Position numbers and translations under genes: made by a program
Notes under the pieces: model-generated
What the model saw: the letters and a program-made list of their open reading frames with translations, nothing else
What the model was told of the DNA's origin: nothing
Database searches by the model: none
DNA from: a virus
Taxonomy: Duplodnaviria > Heunggongvirae > Uroviricota > Caudoviricetes
Reading direction: 5' to 3' (one strand)
Virus record (IMG/VR): IMGVR_UViG_3300048593_000456
Location: 1-26,513 of that record
DNA: 26,513 nucleotides
In this document: in pieces, positions 8,086-16,354 of the stretch
Layout: the number at the start of each line of letters is the position of its first letter
How positions within the stretch are numbered: the first letter of the stretch is position 1

Positions 8086-8361
8086 ATGATTACATCGATT
8101 TATTTTGAAGATGACCAAGTATTGATTCAATCAGCTATTGATTTAGTTAAAGATGTTGCATTTGTTTGCTGGCGAGTCAAGCCTTCGATAGAAATCAAAG
8201 AAATCTCCCTTCATGGCAGCCTCACTGAAGTAGCAATAGATTATTTTAATGATTCAGTTTCATCTGATGTATCTGCTACTCAATCTCATGAAGCGGTTGA
8301 AATAGTTTCTGCTTTTATACATGGGTACATTGCCGGGGCAAATCGTAATGGGGCGGCTTAG
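8086..8361 (+). CDS. hypothetical protein (91 aa)
   Basis: AAGGAG RBS. Confidence 0.75.
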   Translation: MITSIYFEDDQVLIQSAIDLVKDVAFVCWRVKPSIEIKEISLHGSLTEVAIDYFNDSVSSDVSATQSHEAVEIVSAFIHGYIAGANRNGAA

Positions 8362-8384
8362 CCGATATCGTCGGACTCATTAAT

Positions 8385-8630
8385 ATGGTACAAGCATCTT
8401 TAATTCAAAAGCTTCGAAGGCCCGAGGGATTAGCTGCTTCTATTCATAGAAGTGATCTAGAGAATTATGCAGTAATTTTAACTATTCTTAATGAATATAT
8501 CATTGGCGAAAAATTAGAATCACGCCCTAGAACTGGCGGCGATTGGACTAAATGTTCTGATCTTCCCGCTGATTTTGTCGGATATGCTTACAGAGTTGTT
8601 TATGAAGATACAGGAGATTCACATGAATGA
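8385..8630 (+). CDS. hypothetical protein (81 aa)
   Basis: ORF track; overlaps the next start. Confidence 0.65.
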   Translation: MVQASLIQKLRRPEGLAASIHRSDLENYAVILTILNEYIIGEKLESRPRTGGDWTKCSDLPADFVGYAYRVVYEDTGDSHE

Positions 8631-8991
8631 AAAAATCAAAGTAACAATTGATCGTAGTAAATGGAGAACTGGGGTTGGTTACCATAGTGCTACTGGGCTT
8701 GGCACGACCAAGCTTTTGAATAGTGAAGGATTTATGTGCTGTCTCGGGTTTTGTTGTAAAGCTTTGGGTTGTTCTGACGATGATATAATGAATATAATAT
8801 CGCCAGCAGTTGTTTATAGTTCTAATATTTACGGTAGTTCGCTTAAAGACTCACAGTTTACCCATAATGCTATACACATAAATGATAGCGATCTAACCAG
8901 AGAAGTTAAAGAACAAAGACTTCTAGAATTATTCAAAGATTCTAGTTTTGAAATAGAATTTACGGGCGAATATACGGACTTTCATTACTAA
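8623..8991 (+). CDS. conserved phage Cys-containing protein (122 aa)
   Basis: AGGAG RBS; IDRSKWR.G...TKLLN..G.MCCLGF motif recalled from large phages. Confidence 0.75.
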   Translation: MNEKIKVTIDRSKWRTGVGYHSATGLGTTKLLNSEGFMCCLGFCCKALGCSDDDIMNIISPAVVYSSNIYGSSLKDSQFTHNAIHINDSDLTREVKEQRLLELFKDSSFEIEFTGEYTDFHY

Positions 8992-9007
8992 AATAAGGAC
9001 TGAATCA

Positions 9008-9226
9008 ATGAATTATGCAGTTAAATTTGCTTATGATGTTATTGACATGCAAAAAGAAATTACTTTCTTAAGAAATGAAGTCGAGGAACTTAAAAAATAT
9101 AAAGAAATGTACGAAAAAGAACTCAATGCATCTCTTGAGCACGCAAGATATATGGCTGGCTCTCAATTGAAAATGCTTCTAACTCCGGGAGTTTTAGATA
9201 ATTTGCAGGAAGCCATTGTAAATTAA
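9008..9226 (+). CDS. small coiled-coil protein (72 aa)
   Basis: AAGGA RBS. Confidence 0.7.
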   Translation: MNYAVKFAYDVIDMQKEITFLRNEVEELKKYKEMYEKELNASLEHARYMAGSQLKMLLTPGVLDNLQEAIVN

Positions 9227-9254
9227 AGAATATACGAAAAAAGGATAAAAAATA

Positions 9255-9461
9255 ATGAAAACCATGACTGTATCTGACCTAATTAAGTTTCTCAATACTA
9301 TTCCTCATGATACTAAAATTAGTGTTTTGAAGGAAATACATTTGCCTTGGTCTGTTGAAACTGTTTTTTCTCATGTTGAAAATGAAAGCAGTTTTAGCCA
9401 TGTTGACGGAATTGATTACTTTTCAGATAATAAAACAATATATTTTGGAAAAAGGGGTTAA
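9255..9461 (+). CDS. hypothetical protein (68 aa)
   Basis: AAGGA RBS; MTVSDLIKFLNTIPHD N-terminus typical of small phage proteins. Confidence 0.7.
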   Translation: MKTMTVSDLIKFLNTIPHDTKISVLKEIHLPWSVETVFSHVENESSFSHVDGIDYFSDNKTIYFGKRG

Positions 9462-9503
9462 AAAATGTTTTATACTTTTAAGCAAAAAAAAATCCTGCGG
9501 GCC

Positions 9504-9531
9504 TTGACAAATTAATTTGTTTTGTTATAAT
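9504..9531 (+). promoter_or_regulatory. sigma70-type promoter
   Basis: TTGACA-N16-TATAAT, TG extended. Confidence 0.85.
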
Positions 9532-9574
9532 AATACGAAAGTAATATCTTCTTCATGAATTAAAAAGGTTATTT

Positions 9575-9817
9575 ATGATTATGAAATATTGCAAAATAAC
9601 AATTAGAACTCAAAAGGGCATCGCGACGATGTGGGGCAAGAACTTCCGCATGAATGGCGAGACGTTTGTTTTTACTCGCTGTCGCACCGATGGCGATGAA
9701 TGGATGGGCGATGGGTCTCGACTCAAGATCGTCTCAGGCAAGGGCGATGATCTAGTATCTATTAAAGAGACGGCAATTAATAATACCTATGGTACTTTAG
9801 AAATTGTTAGGATTTAA
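9575..9817 (+). CDS. hypothetical protein (80 aa)
   Basis: AAGG RBS; ORF track. Confidence 0.7.
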   Translation: MIMKYCKITIRTQKGIATMWGKNFRMNGETFVFTRCRTDGDEWMGDGSRLKIVSGKGDDLVSIKETAINNTYGTLEIVRI

Positions 9818-9820
9818 ATA

Positions 9821-10000
9821 ATGAAATACATATCAATATCGATACTAGATATATTTGAAGGTAATACAATAGATCAAGCTATAGAAGAACTAAAAAAGCT
9901 AAAAGAAAAACATCCTGATGATATTTTTTATGTTGAAATTGTAGATACAGATTCCTATGATTGGGAAAATGGCTACAAACTCTATTTGCCAGAAAAATAA
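9821..10000 (+). CDS. small acidic protein (59 aa)
   Basis: Read by hand: MKYISISILDIFEGNTIDQAIEELKKLKEKHPDD... Confidence 0.65.
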   Translation: MKYISISILDIFEGNTIDQAIEELKKLKEKHPDDIFYVEIVDTDSYDWENGYKLYLPEK

Positions 10001-10008
10001 AAAGTCTC

Positions 10009-10036
10009 TTGACAAGCAAAATCCTTCGGGTATAAT
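10009..10036 (+). promoter_or_regulatory. sigma70-type promoter
   Basis: TTGACA-N16-TATAAT. Confidence 0.85.
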
Positions 10037-10098
10037 AACATCATGCAAGTAATAAATGAAGATGTAACAATTAATTTTTCATAAAACAAGGATTTAAA

Positions 10099-10395
10099 AT
10101 GAATAAAGATAATTTTGATATTAAAACTTTTTCGGCTGAAAATATTAGGATTATGCAACAAAGAGAAATTTCTGATAGGTCTAATGAGCTTTACGAACAT
10201 TTAGCATTGGAAATTTATAAGGAAGCAAAAAATAAAATTTTTATTAATGAATATACTGCTACTACTTGTCTTTCTGTACAGCATGTAGAATATGTTTACA
10301 AAAAATTTCAGGAAAAAGGTTTTGTAGCCACTTTTATTGAGTTAGAAAATGACGATAGTGACTATAGAAGATTTCAAATCACTGTAAGTTGGTAA
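10099..10395 (+). CDS. hypothetical protein (98 aa)
   Basis: AAGGA RBS. Confidence 0.75.
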   Translation: MNKDNFDIKTFSAENIRIMQQREISDRSNELYEHLALEIYKEAKNKIFINEYTATTCLSVQHVEYVYKKFQEKGFVATFIELENDDSDYRRFQITVSW

Positions 10396-10427
10396 ATTTA
10401 TTTATTTAATTATTAGAAAGAAAAAAC

Positions 10428-10790
10428 ATGTTTAAACTTCCAAGAACAAAACAAGGAGTATTCAACAAAGTTGTTAGGCATTTGCTTAAACAGAATGAAC
10501 GATCTATCATTGATCATTCTTGTCAATATCGCGGATCTAACGGATTGATGTGTGCTGCGGGATGTTTAATTTCTGACGAATATTACCATAAGTCAATAGA
10601 GGGCCAAACATGGACTGCTCTTGTTAAAAATAAAGCTGTCCCTGCAAACCATGTCGATTTTATTCGTTATTTACAAAGAATCCATGATGGTGTAGGTGTT
10701 GACCGCTGGCCGGATAGACTTAAGGAACTCGGTCTAAAATACAATCTAGATGTATCGTGCGTTGAAAAACACAGAAAGGATAAATCTTGA
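10428..10790 (+). CDS. phage protein, paralog family A copy 2
   Basis: VFNKVVRHLLKQ, CQYRGSNGLMCAAGCLISD, LQRIHD, WP. Confidence 0.8.
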   Translation: MFKLPRTKQGVFNKVVRHLLKQNERSIIDHSCQYRGSNGLMCAAGCLISDEYYHKSIEGQTWTALVKNKAVPANHVDFIRYLQRIHDGVGVDRWPDRLKELGLKYNLDVSCVEKHRKDKS

Positions 10791-10972
10791 TTTTACCTAA
10801 ATATATTTTGTCTAAGATCACTCTTTATGTTGCTATGATTATGCTTGGGTATTCATTAATATATTTTTCGAGAAAAGAAAAAAGAGAATTTTACCAAGAC
10901 AGATTTTTTGCGTGTTCCACTGTATGTAGCATTGCACTAATTTGTTTTTCAGCAGAAATAAATCCCGAATAA
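10787..10972 (+). CDS. small membrane protein (61 aa)
   Basis: TTGA start/stop overlap; two hydrophobic segments. Confidence 0.55.
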   Translation: MILPKYILSKITLYVAMIMLGYSLIYFSRKEKREFYQDRFFACSTVCSIALICFSAEINPE

Positions 10973-10983
10973 AGATTACAAAC

Positions 10984-11223
10984 ATGGAATATTTTTCTAT
11001 TAAAAAGCTTGCGTTTTTTCCTTCTTATTTAGGAAAATATATCAATCAAAAGCTTGACTTAATCAAGTCAGATTTTGATATGGATCAACTTGAAAAATCT
11101 AAAGAATTTTATCGCGGGTATATTACTGCTTGCGATAATATTGCTCGTGCTACGGAAAATTATTTTACGGAAGCCGGGGACAAATTTGTTGACAAATCAG
11201 AAGATTCTGATACAATAAGGTGA
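10984..11223 (+). CDS. hypothetical protein (79 aa)
   Basis: In-frame ATG after the previous stop. Confidence 0.6.
   Translation: MEYFSIKKLAFFPSYLGKYINQKLDLIKSDFDMDQLEKSKEFYRGYITACDNIARATENYFTEAGDKFVDKSEDSDTIR
11189..11216 (+). promoter_or_regulatory. sigma70-type promoter with palindromic spacer
   Basis: TTGACA-N16-TACAAT; ATCAGAA-GA-TTCTGAT inverted repeat at 11196-11211. Confidence 0.65.
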
Positions 11224-11495
11224 CAAGTGGGACAAAGTGGTTCTTTGCACCTTTTTATCTTAAAGTAAAACTTATGATTCTATATCAAGACGAATTTCTT
11301 TTTATAAAACAAGACGACATTTTTAGGTTTAGTGTCATTTGCAAAAAACCGTATGGAAAGATAAAAATTTACGAAATGCCTCAAGAAAACGCTTTACAAA
11401 CGTTTCACGAAGAGTATAATGATCTTTTAGAATACATTATGAGCGATTTATATAACCAAGAAAAAAATATTTTTAGTGCAGGAGATGGGCTATAA
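11220..11495 (+). CDS. hypothetical protein (alternative start ATG 11274)
   Basis: ORF track; GTGA overlap with the previous stop. Confidence 0.6.
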   Translation: MTSGTKWFFAPFYLKVKLMILYQDEFLFIKQDDIFRFSVICKKPYGKIKIYEMPQENALQTFHEEYNDLLEYIMSDLYNQEKNIFSAGDGL

Positions 11496-12253
11496 AAAAG
11501 AAAAATTTAATATATGGCAGCACAGCACTTAAACACTGGTTGCCAGAACTAAAAAGAACTCCGAAAGATTTAGACTTCATCGGGTCGGGCGAAAACTCTA
11601 AAGGCATAGAATATTTTATGCATACGGGTCTACAATATGTTCTAGATAATAACATTGATGATACATACGTAGATCTAAATTTTTTATATACTATCAAATG
11701 TAGTCACCTGCATTATGATATTAATTGGGATAAACACTGTATAGACGTAATGTTTATGCAATCCCACGGAGCTACAATAGATAATACGCTGTATAGCTTG
11801 TTGATGAAGGATTGGGAAATTATTCACGGCCCGAAGAAACTAAATCTCAATCAAGACCCCAAGGACTTCTTCACTCCACACGTTGACCGAAAGATCGACC
11901 ATGATGAATTGCATCGTCTAATCGCGTTCTACGACGAGCCGATGTTCAAAAAAATCTTAATGGACGGAAAAAAAGTCTTGACAGATAAGCATAAGTGGGA
12001 TAGAATATCGGACGAAGACAAAATGATTTGCATTCTTGAGGAAGTATACGTTACTGCTTTCGAGAGATGGCCGAATTATCCGGAGCATATGCTAAAATCC
12101 AAGGGAATTAAATTATATTGTGTTTCACTTAGTAAGAATGAATATTTTAAATATGCTGTTTCGCATATGATAGAATTATTTAATCATTCTAGTAATAGTT
12201 ATTTCATTAATAAAATAAGGAGAATAAAAAATGATTACAATGCAGGAAATTGA
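11492..12253 (+). CDS. nucleotidyltransferase-like phage protein, probable ATA start
   Basis: Frame extends upstream of the track TTG: (M)KKKNLIYGSTALKHWLPELKRTPKDLDFI, a GS...DxD motif. C-terminal DHDELH...KW region recalled from large phages. AGGAG lies 7 nt before ATA 11492. Confidence 0.6.
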   Translation: MKKKNLIYGSTALKHWLPELKRTPKDLDFIGSGENSKGIEYFMHTGLQYVLDNNIDDTYVDLNFLYTIKCSHLHYDINWDKHCIDVMFMQSHGATIDNTLYSLLMKDWEIIHGPKKLNLNQDPKDFFTPHVDRKIDHDELHRLIAFYDEPMFKKILMDGKKVLTDKHKWDRISDEDKMICILEEVYVTAFERWPNYPEHMLKSKGIKLYCVSLSKNEYFKYAVSHMIELFNHSSNSYFINKIRRIKNDYNAGN

Positions 12254-12539
12254 AGGTCTTATTGAAGGTAGTATCAATGAATTTATTGGCGAATTTGATT
12301 ATAAGAATAATTCATTTGAAAACTTTAATTTCGAAGTCGTTGAAAAGTTCGGCGGTGAAGGAATGGGCGATCATTGTTACTACGTAATTAAGTTTACTAG
12401 AAAATTAGATCCGGAAGATTTTGTTTATGTACAATTTAACGGGTATTATTCATCTTACGATGGATCAGATTATTCCTATGGCAATAGATATATTGTAGAA
12501 CCATACGAAAAAACTATCAGAGCTTGGAGGCAGGTATGA
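12231..12539 (+). CDS. conserved large-phage acidic protein (102 aa)
   Basis: GGEGMGD...GYYSSYDGSDY motif. Confidence 0.75.
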   Translation: MITMQEIEGLIEGSINEFIGEFDYKNNSFENFNFEVVEKFGGEGMGDHCYYVIKFTRKLDPEDFVYVQFNGYYSSYDGSDYSYGNRYIVEPYEKTIRAWRQV

Positions 12540-12895
12540 TTCAAATCCCACAAGACCCGCAGGTTGTATTTGATATCGTTGTAGAACACGCCTTAAGGCA
12601 GAATTGTCGTTCTACCAGTCTTGATAATTCTAACGATTGTATGTATCGTAGTCCTAATGGTACAAAATGTTTTGCTGGAGCATTAATTCCTGATGATAAA
12701 TATTTACCTACTTTCGAAGGAAGAGGCTGGATAACACTGATTGCGAAGGGCTGTGTTGAAAGTCAAAACAGAGAACTTATTAGTGCGCTTCAAGAAATTC
12801 ATGACTACTACATTACTGAAAGATGGCCAGAAAAACTTCGAGAACTTGGCAAAGAAAAAGGTTTAAATGTTGACAAACTGCCTCCCGCAGAGTAA
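12536..12895 (+). CDS. phage protein, paralog family A copy 3
   Basis: ATGA overlap, GGAGG RBS; VFDIVVEHALRQ, CMYRSPNGTKCFAGALIPD, LQEIHD, WP. Confidence 0.8.
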   Translation: MIQIPQDPQVVFDIVVEHALRQNCRSTSLDNSNDCMYRSPNGTKCFAGALIPDDKYLPTFEGRGWITLIAKGCVESQNRELISALQEIHDYYITERWPEKLRELGKEKGLNVDKLPPAE

Positions 12896-12904
12896 AATAA
12901 TGCC

Positions 12905-13288
12905 ATGAAAGCAAAATATTATATCTACTGGAATATCCATTTAAAGTGTTTTTCGGTAAGATATCGAGGAAAAGTCATCGGGCATCATACCGCAATACTT
13001 GCAAAGAATGCTACTTTTAGTGTTTCGAAAAAGGGCCGCGAACGTGTGCTGCGTGAACAATCTAAAAACGTACATGCTTTTGTTGTTGCAGAAGAAATCC
13101 TTACGGGGTTCGATGCTTTTTCTTCTTACGAAGAACAAGTAGATCCTGTGGAGGTAAAATATAATCCATATAAGTATTCTACGTTTGTTGATTCTAATGG
13201 TAATGAAATCACTAACGCTGGAGCCGTATATATGGCGGCGGACTTAGGAAAACCACAACTTTTAGCTTTTGGAGCACAAGAAAGATAA
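12905..13288 (+). CDS. conserved phage hypothetical protein (127 aa)
   Basis: YWNIH..CFSV...V..H...F.VS..GRERVLREQSKNVHAFV...YNPYK motif recalled from many tailed phages. Confidence 0.8.
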   Translation: MKAKYYIYWNIHLKCFSVRYRGKVIGHHTAILAKNATFSVSKKGRERVLREQSKNVHAFVVAEEILTGFDAFSSYEEQVDPVEVKYNPYKYSTFVDSNGNEITNAGAVYMAADLGKPQLLAFGAQER

Positions 13289-13291
13289 AAA

Positions 13292-13510
13292 ATGAATGAA
13301 AGAACAAAACTATGCGTTCAATTAGCGAGCGAATGCGCAGAAATTTTAGATGATAAACTAAAAGAAATTGGACAGATATTAGAACCTCACATGGAAACAA
13401 GTCACTTTTTCTCTGTTTTGGATAATATTATGAAATTTCTGGTTTTAAGCTCTCAAATGAAAAAGTCTATAAATGAAAAAATCCAACTGATGAAAGGTGA
13501 AAATGAATAA
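13292..13510 (+). CDS. hypothetical protein (72 aa)
   Basis: ORF track, tight packing. Confidence 0.65.
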   Translation: MNERTKLCVQLASECAEILDDKLKEIGQILEPHMETSHFFSVLDNIMKFLVLSSQMKKSINEKIQLMKGENE

Positions 13511-13712
13511 ACTACATCAAAAAGATGATTTTGAATTTATGTTTTCTTTATTTTTTATTACATTAATGCTTACTAACGTTGTATCTGTATACTCTGCAAA
13601 ATATATGGGCGAAAAAGATATAAAAAAACAAGCAATAGAAAACAATGCAGCAGAATACGTAGTTGATAAAGACGGTAAAGTAAATTTTAAATGGAAGGGG
13701 CAAAATGAATAA
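13503..13712 (+). CDS. small membrane protein
   Basis: One hydrophobic segment; AAGG RBS. Confidence 0.65.
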   Translation: MNKLHQKDDFEFMFSLFFITLMLTNVVSVYSAKYMGEKDIKKQAIENNAAEYVVDKDGKVNFKWKGQNE

Positions 13713-13959
13713 ACTTGAAACTGAACTATCTTGTGAAGTCGATGATATGATTCGCTGTATCGCGAGAGATACAGGTAAAGACTATGCTGTAGTTGAATTC
13801 GCCATGTTCAAAGAATGTATTTATCCGGAAGGTAACAAAACTTTTGTATCAACTAAATTCCGAATAAAGGATGCAGAAAATAGCTGGCTTCGTGCTAGTA
13901 TCTATCGTATATTAGATGAAAACGAAATCGAGTCAATTTATATCACTAATGCTATTTAA
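13705..13959 (+). CDS. hypothetical protein (84 aa)
   Basis: GGGG RBS; overlaps the previous stop. Confidence 0.7.
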   Translation: MNKLETELSCEVDDMIRCIARDTGKDYAVVEFAMFKECIYPEGNKTFVSTKFRIKDAENSWLRASIYRILDENEIESIYITNAI

Positions 13960-13967
13960 GGTAAAAA

Positions 13968-14309
13968 ATGAAGATCACTCCAACAGAAAATTTTTCAAAA
14001 GAATTTTGGGCTTATAATCTTCCGCTTCAAATTTTTATAGATGAATCCGACGATGAATCCGACGAAGAATCTAAATTATATAGAATTGTAAACTATATGC
14101 CACGCAAAGATGGAGTTTGCGATATTGATGCATTAATGACAAAAGAAGAAATGCAGACTGTTTGCAAAAACTCTGCCGAGATACTTAGAAATCTAGCCAG
14201 CTTATTTGATGCTTTTGCAGAAGGTAAATTGGAACATATATACTATCCTGATAAGCCCGTCTCTAAGGCAATCGAAGAATTTAGCAAAAATAAAGGAAAA
14301 CTAACATGA
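13968..14309 (+). CDS. hypothetical protein (113 aa)
   Basis: AAGG RBS; contains a 12-nt tandem duplication (DESD-DESD). Confidence 0.7.
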   Translation: MKITPTENFSKEFWAYNLPLQIFIDESDDESDEESKLYRIVNYMPRKDGVCDIDALMTKEEMQTVCKNSAEILRNLASLFDAFAEGKLEHIYYPDKPVSKAIEEFSKNKGKLT

Positions 14310-14707
14310 CTTATGTATATAAAATTGGTAAAGAGTTTTTACTTCGTAATGGCATTACAGCTACGGTTATTGATACTGACTTTGGCGGTCATATACTTTT
14401 TAAGTATAATACCGAAGGCAATTGGTCTACTGTTAAAGCTAGACAAGACGGCAGGGAATATAGGGGTAATACAGACTATGATATAGTCTCAGAAAAACCT
14501 AAATTACTTAAAAAGACTACATATGCCTTTCTTTATCTAATGGAAAATGACAAATTAGAAATTTGGGGTTTGTATGATATTGACGATACCGATGAAGCCG
14601 ATATTGATGCAATAATGAATGCCATTATAAATAATGGATATAAGTTTTACGGTATTTCTAAGGTTTGTTTTGAATCAGACGGGACTAAGAAAAAGTTGAA
14701 TTTTTAA
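14306..14707 (+). CDS. phage protein, paralog family B copy 1
   Basis: ATGA overlap; GKEFLLRNG..D.DF.G..L.KY and FYGI..V..ESDGTK...NF shared with 16355. Confidence 0.75.
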   Translation: MTYVYKIGKEFLLRNGITATVIDTDFGGHILFKYNTEGNWSTVKARQDGREYRGNTDYDIVSEKPKLLKKTTYAFLYLMENDKLEIWGLYDIDDTDEADIDAIMNAIINNGYKFYGISKVCFESDGTKKKLNF

Positions 14708-14708
14708 C

Positions 14709-14736
14709 TTGACATTTTTACGTTATACGGTATAAT
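14709..14736 (+). promoter_or_regulatory. sigma70-type promoter (tRNA cluster)
   Basis: TTGACA-N16-TATAAT. Confidence 0.85.
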
Positions 14737-14746
14737 AATATATAAT

Positions 14747-14820
14747 GATGCTGTAACTCAATTGGTAAGAGTATTCGCCTTTTAAGCGAAAGGTTGTGAG
14801 TTCAAGTCTCACTGGCATCA
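14747..14820 (+). tRNA. tRNA-Lys(TTT)
   Basis: GATGCTG/TGGCATC, D ACTC/GAGT, TTCGC-CT-TTT-AA-GCGAA, GTGAG-TTCAAGT-CTCAC. Confidence 0.9.
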
Positions 14821-14823
14821 CTG

Positions 14824-14904
14824 GTCAATAATGCGGCGGGAGATTCTTAAAGACTCATAGAGTACATAAGAAAGTAGTCGCTAAATTAAAAACAGTTTAT
14901 TGAC
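14824..14904 (+). ncRNA. unidentified structured spacer between tRNAs
   Basis: Nested helices GTCAATAA/TTATTGAC, GCGGC/GTCGC, TTCTTA/TAAGAA, ACTC/GAGT. Confidence 0.35.
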
Positions 14905-14908
14905 ACAT

Positions 14909-14980
14909 GGCCTATTCGACTTCTGGTGAGGTCACTAGCCTTTCACGCTAGGCAGGCGGGATCGAAACCCGCATAGGTCA
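14909..14980 (+). tRNA. tRNA-Glu(TTC)
   Basis: GGCCTAT/ATAGGTC, CTAGC-CT-TTC-AC-GCTAG, T arm GCGGG-ATCGAAA-CCCGC (atypical A54). Confidence 0.85.
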
Positions 14981-14991
14981 CTAAAAAACGC

Positions 14992-15019
14992 TTGACATCG
15001 GGCGAATAGACGTTATAAT
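14992..15019 (+). promoter_or_regulatory. sigma70-type promoter
   Basis: TTGACA-N16-TATAAT. Confidence 0.85.
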
Positions 15020-15037
15020 TAAGCCAAAGGATAAAAA

Positions 15038-15328
15038 ATGAATCAGCCTGTTAAAATTAATAAAATTAAAGATTCTAAAGCATACCTGTTTTATAATTCA
15101 ACTGAAATTGGCCTTATTTCAAACCAGTTAGAATTAGATGACGTAAGACTGCAAATAGCAAAGCAGAAGCTTAGTGGCTATTATATTATTTTTGCTAACC
15201 ATGAAGGTTTGCAAGAGATAGCTATACGTCCAGACGGTTCTTTAAGTCATTGGCCAAGCGGATTTTTCGACACTCAGGGGAAAATACTTGCAGAAATTGT
15301 TAGGATGAAAAAGGTTTGCAACGATTAA
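15038..15328 (+). CDS. hypothetical protein (96 aa)
   Basis: AAGGA RBS; directly after the promoter. Confidence 0.75.
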   Translation: MNQPVKINKIKDSKAYLFYNSTEIGLISNQLELDDVRLQIAKQKLSGYYIIFANHEGLQEIAIRPDGSLSHWPSGFFDTQGKILAEIVRMKKVCND

Positions 15329-15363
15329 CTAACGTTATAAACTAGGTTTAAAAGGATAACATA

Positions 15364-15579
15364 ATGAACGAAATAGAACAAGCCGTGTTTGATAAGCTAG
15401 GTCAAGAAGCTCTAGACTATTTTAGAAGTAACTTTGACTCCGAAGAAATGTACGAATTTGACGGAATGAATTGTGATGATTGTGATGGTTGGGACGGAGT
15501 TTCTAGACGTTGCTCCTGCGGTAATCGTCGCGTTTATTGGATTTGGGACAAATCTGTTTTATATGCTGAGGCATGGTGA
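15364..15579 (+). CDS. small Cys-rich conserved phage protein (71 aa)
   Basis: CDDCDGWDGVSRRCSCGNRRVYW motif; AAGGA RBS. Confidence 0.75.
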   Translation: MNEIEQAVFDKLGQEALDYFRSNFDSEEMYEFDGMNCDDCDGWDGVSRRCSCGNRRVYWIWDKSVLYAEAW

Positions 15580-15629
15580 AGTTTTACTTCTGGAATTTTT
15601 AAATTCGTAGATTAATTTGCAAAACGTTG

Positions 15630-15657
15630 TTGACATTATTAAACCGCAAAGTACAAT
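15630..15657 (+). promoter_or_regulatory. sigma70-type promoter
   Basis: TTGACA-N16-TACAAT. Confidence 0.75.
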
Positions 15658-15680
15658 AGTTGAAACCAAAGGAAAAAATC

Positions 15681-15917
15681 ATGAGTATATACCGTGCAAA
15701 TAAAGAAACTTTAAGAAAAATGCTTTTTAAATGCATAACTGATGATAGTTTTAAAGGTTGCTCAACGGCTGTTGTAGAAACTTTCTACGAAACAGTATCA
15801 AACGAATCTTGGGACAGTGAATATATCATAGATTTTCTTGAATACGCCCGAGGAATTACAAAAGATGGCGATAAAGCAATAGAAGTATTTATCAAGCGAG
15901 AAAAAAATGAAAACTAA
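15681..15917 (+). CDS. hypothetical protein (78 aa)
   Basis: AAGGA RBS before ATG 15681. Confidence 0.7.
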   Translation: MSIYRANKETLRKMLFKCITDDSFKGCSTAVVETFYETVSNESWDSEYIIDFLEYARGITKDGDKAIEVFIKREKNEN

Positions 15918-16353
15918 AGCTTTAGAAGCTATCGAATTAGCTTTGGAAATTAAAGAAAGTATTTCGCTATCAGAACTAGCAAGTATTATAGGCGGTAAAA
16001 AACTAGATGTTCTAAAAGAAATTGCAAAAAACAAATCTTTGCTAAAGCTTGATAAAAACGGAAATATTACCGGCTTTGCAAACGTAAGAGATAAACAACT
16101 TAAGGATAAATTCCGGAACGGTGAAGTGTATAGTGTACACGGCATTAATTACGGAGCGGACCGAGAGTTGGTGTGGAATGATTCCAGAGCCGAAGAACTA
16201 AAAGTGGGCTATTGGGAGGGCGGTTTTGGCGACTGTAGAGAAATTAAAGTTGTACTAGACACAGAAGCTAATAGGAAATTACTGGAAAATTTAGGTGTTA
16301 TCGAAATAACATCTGCTAAGACGGAACCTATAGAATTTTTTTGGGAGAATTAA
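15907..16353 (+). CDS. hypothetical protein with possible N-terminal winged HTH (148 aa)
   Basis: ISLSELASIIGGKKLDVLKEI resembles an HTH. Confidence 0.7.
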   Translation: MKTKALEAIELALEIKESISLSELASIIGGKKLDVLKEIAKNKSLLKLDKNGNITGFANVRDKQLKDKFRNGEVYSVHGINYGADRELVWNDSRAEELKVGYWEGGFGDCREIKVVLDTEANRKLLENLGVIEITSAKTEPIEFFWEN

Positions 16354-16354
16354 T

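Noticed and set aside
11978-12888. TTGACA-N17 promoter matches at 11978 and 12870
   Set aside because: Intragenic and off the dominant spacer; may be real but not supportable
14040-14063. 12-nt tandem repeat GATGAATCCGAC x2
   Set aside because: Simple in-frame duplication (DESD); not an array
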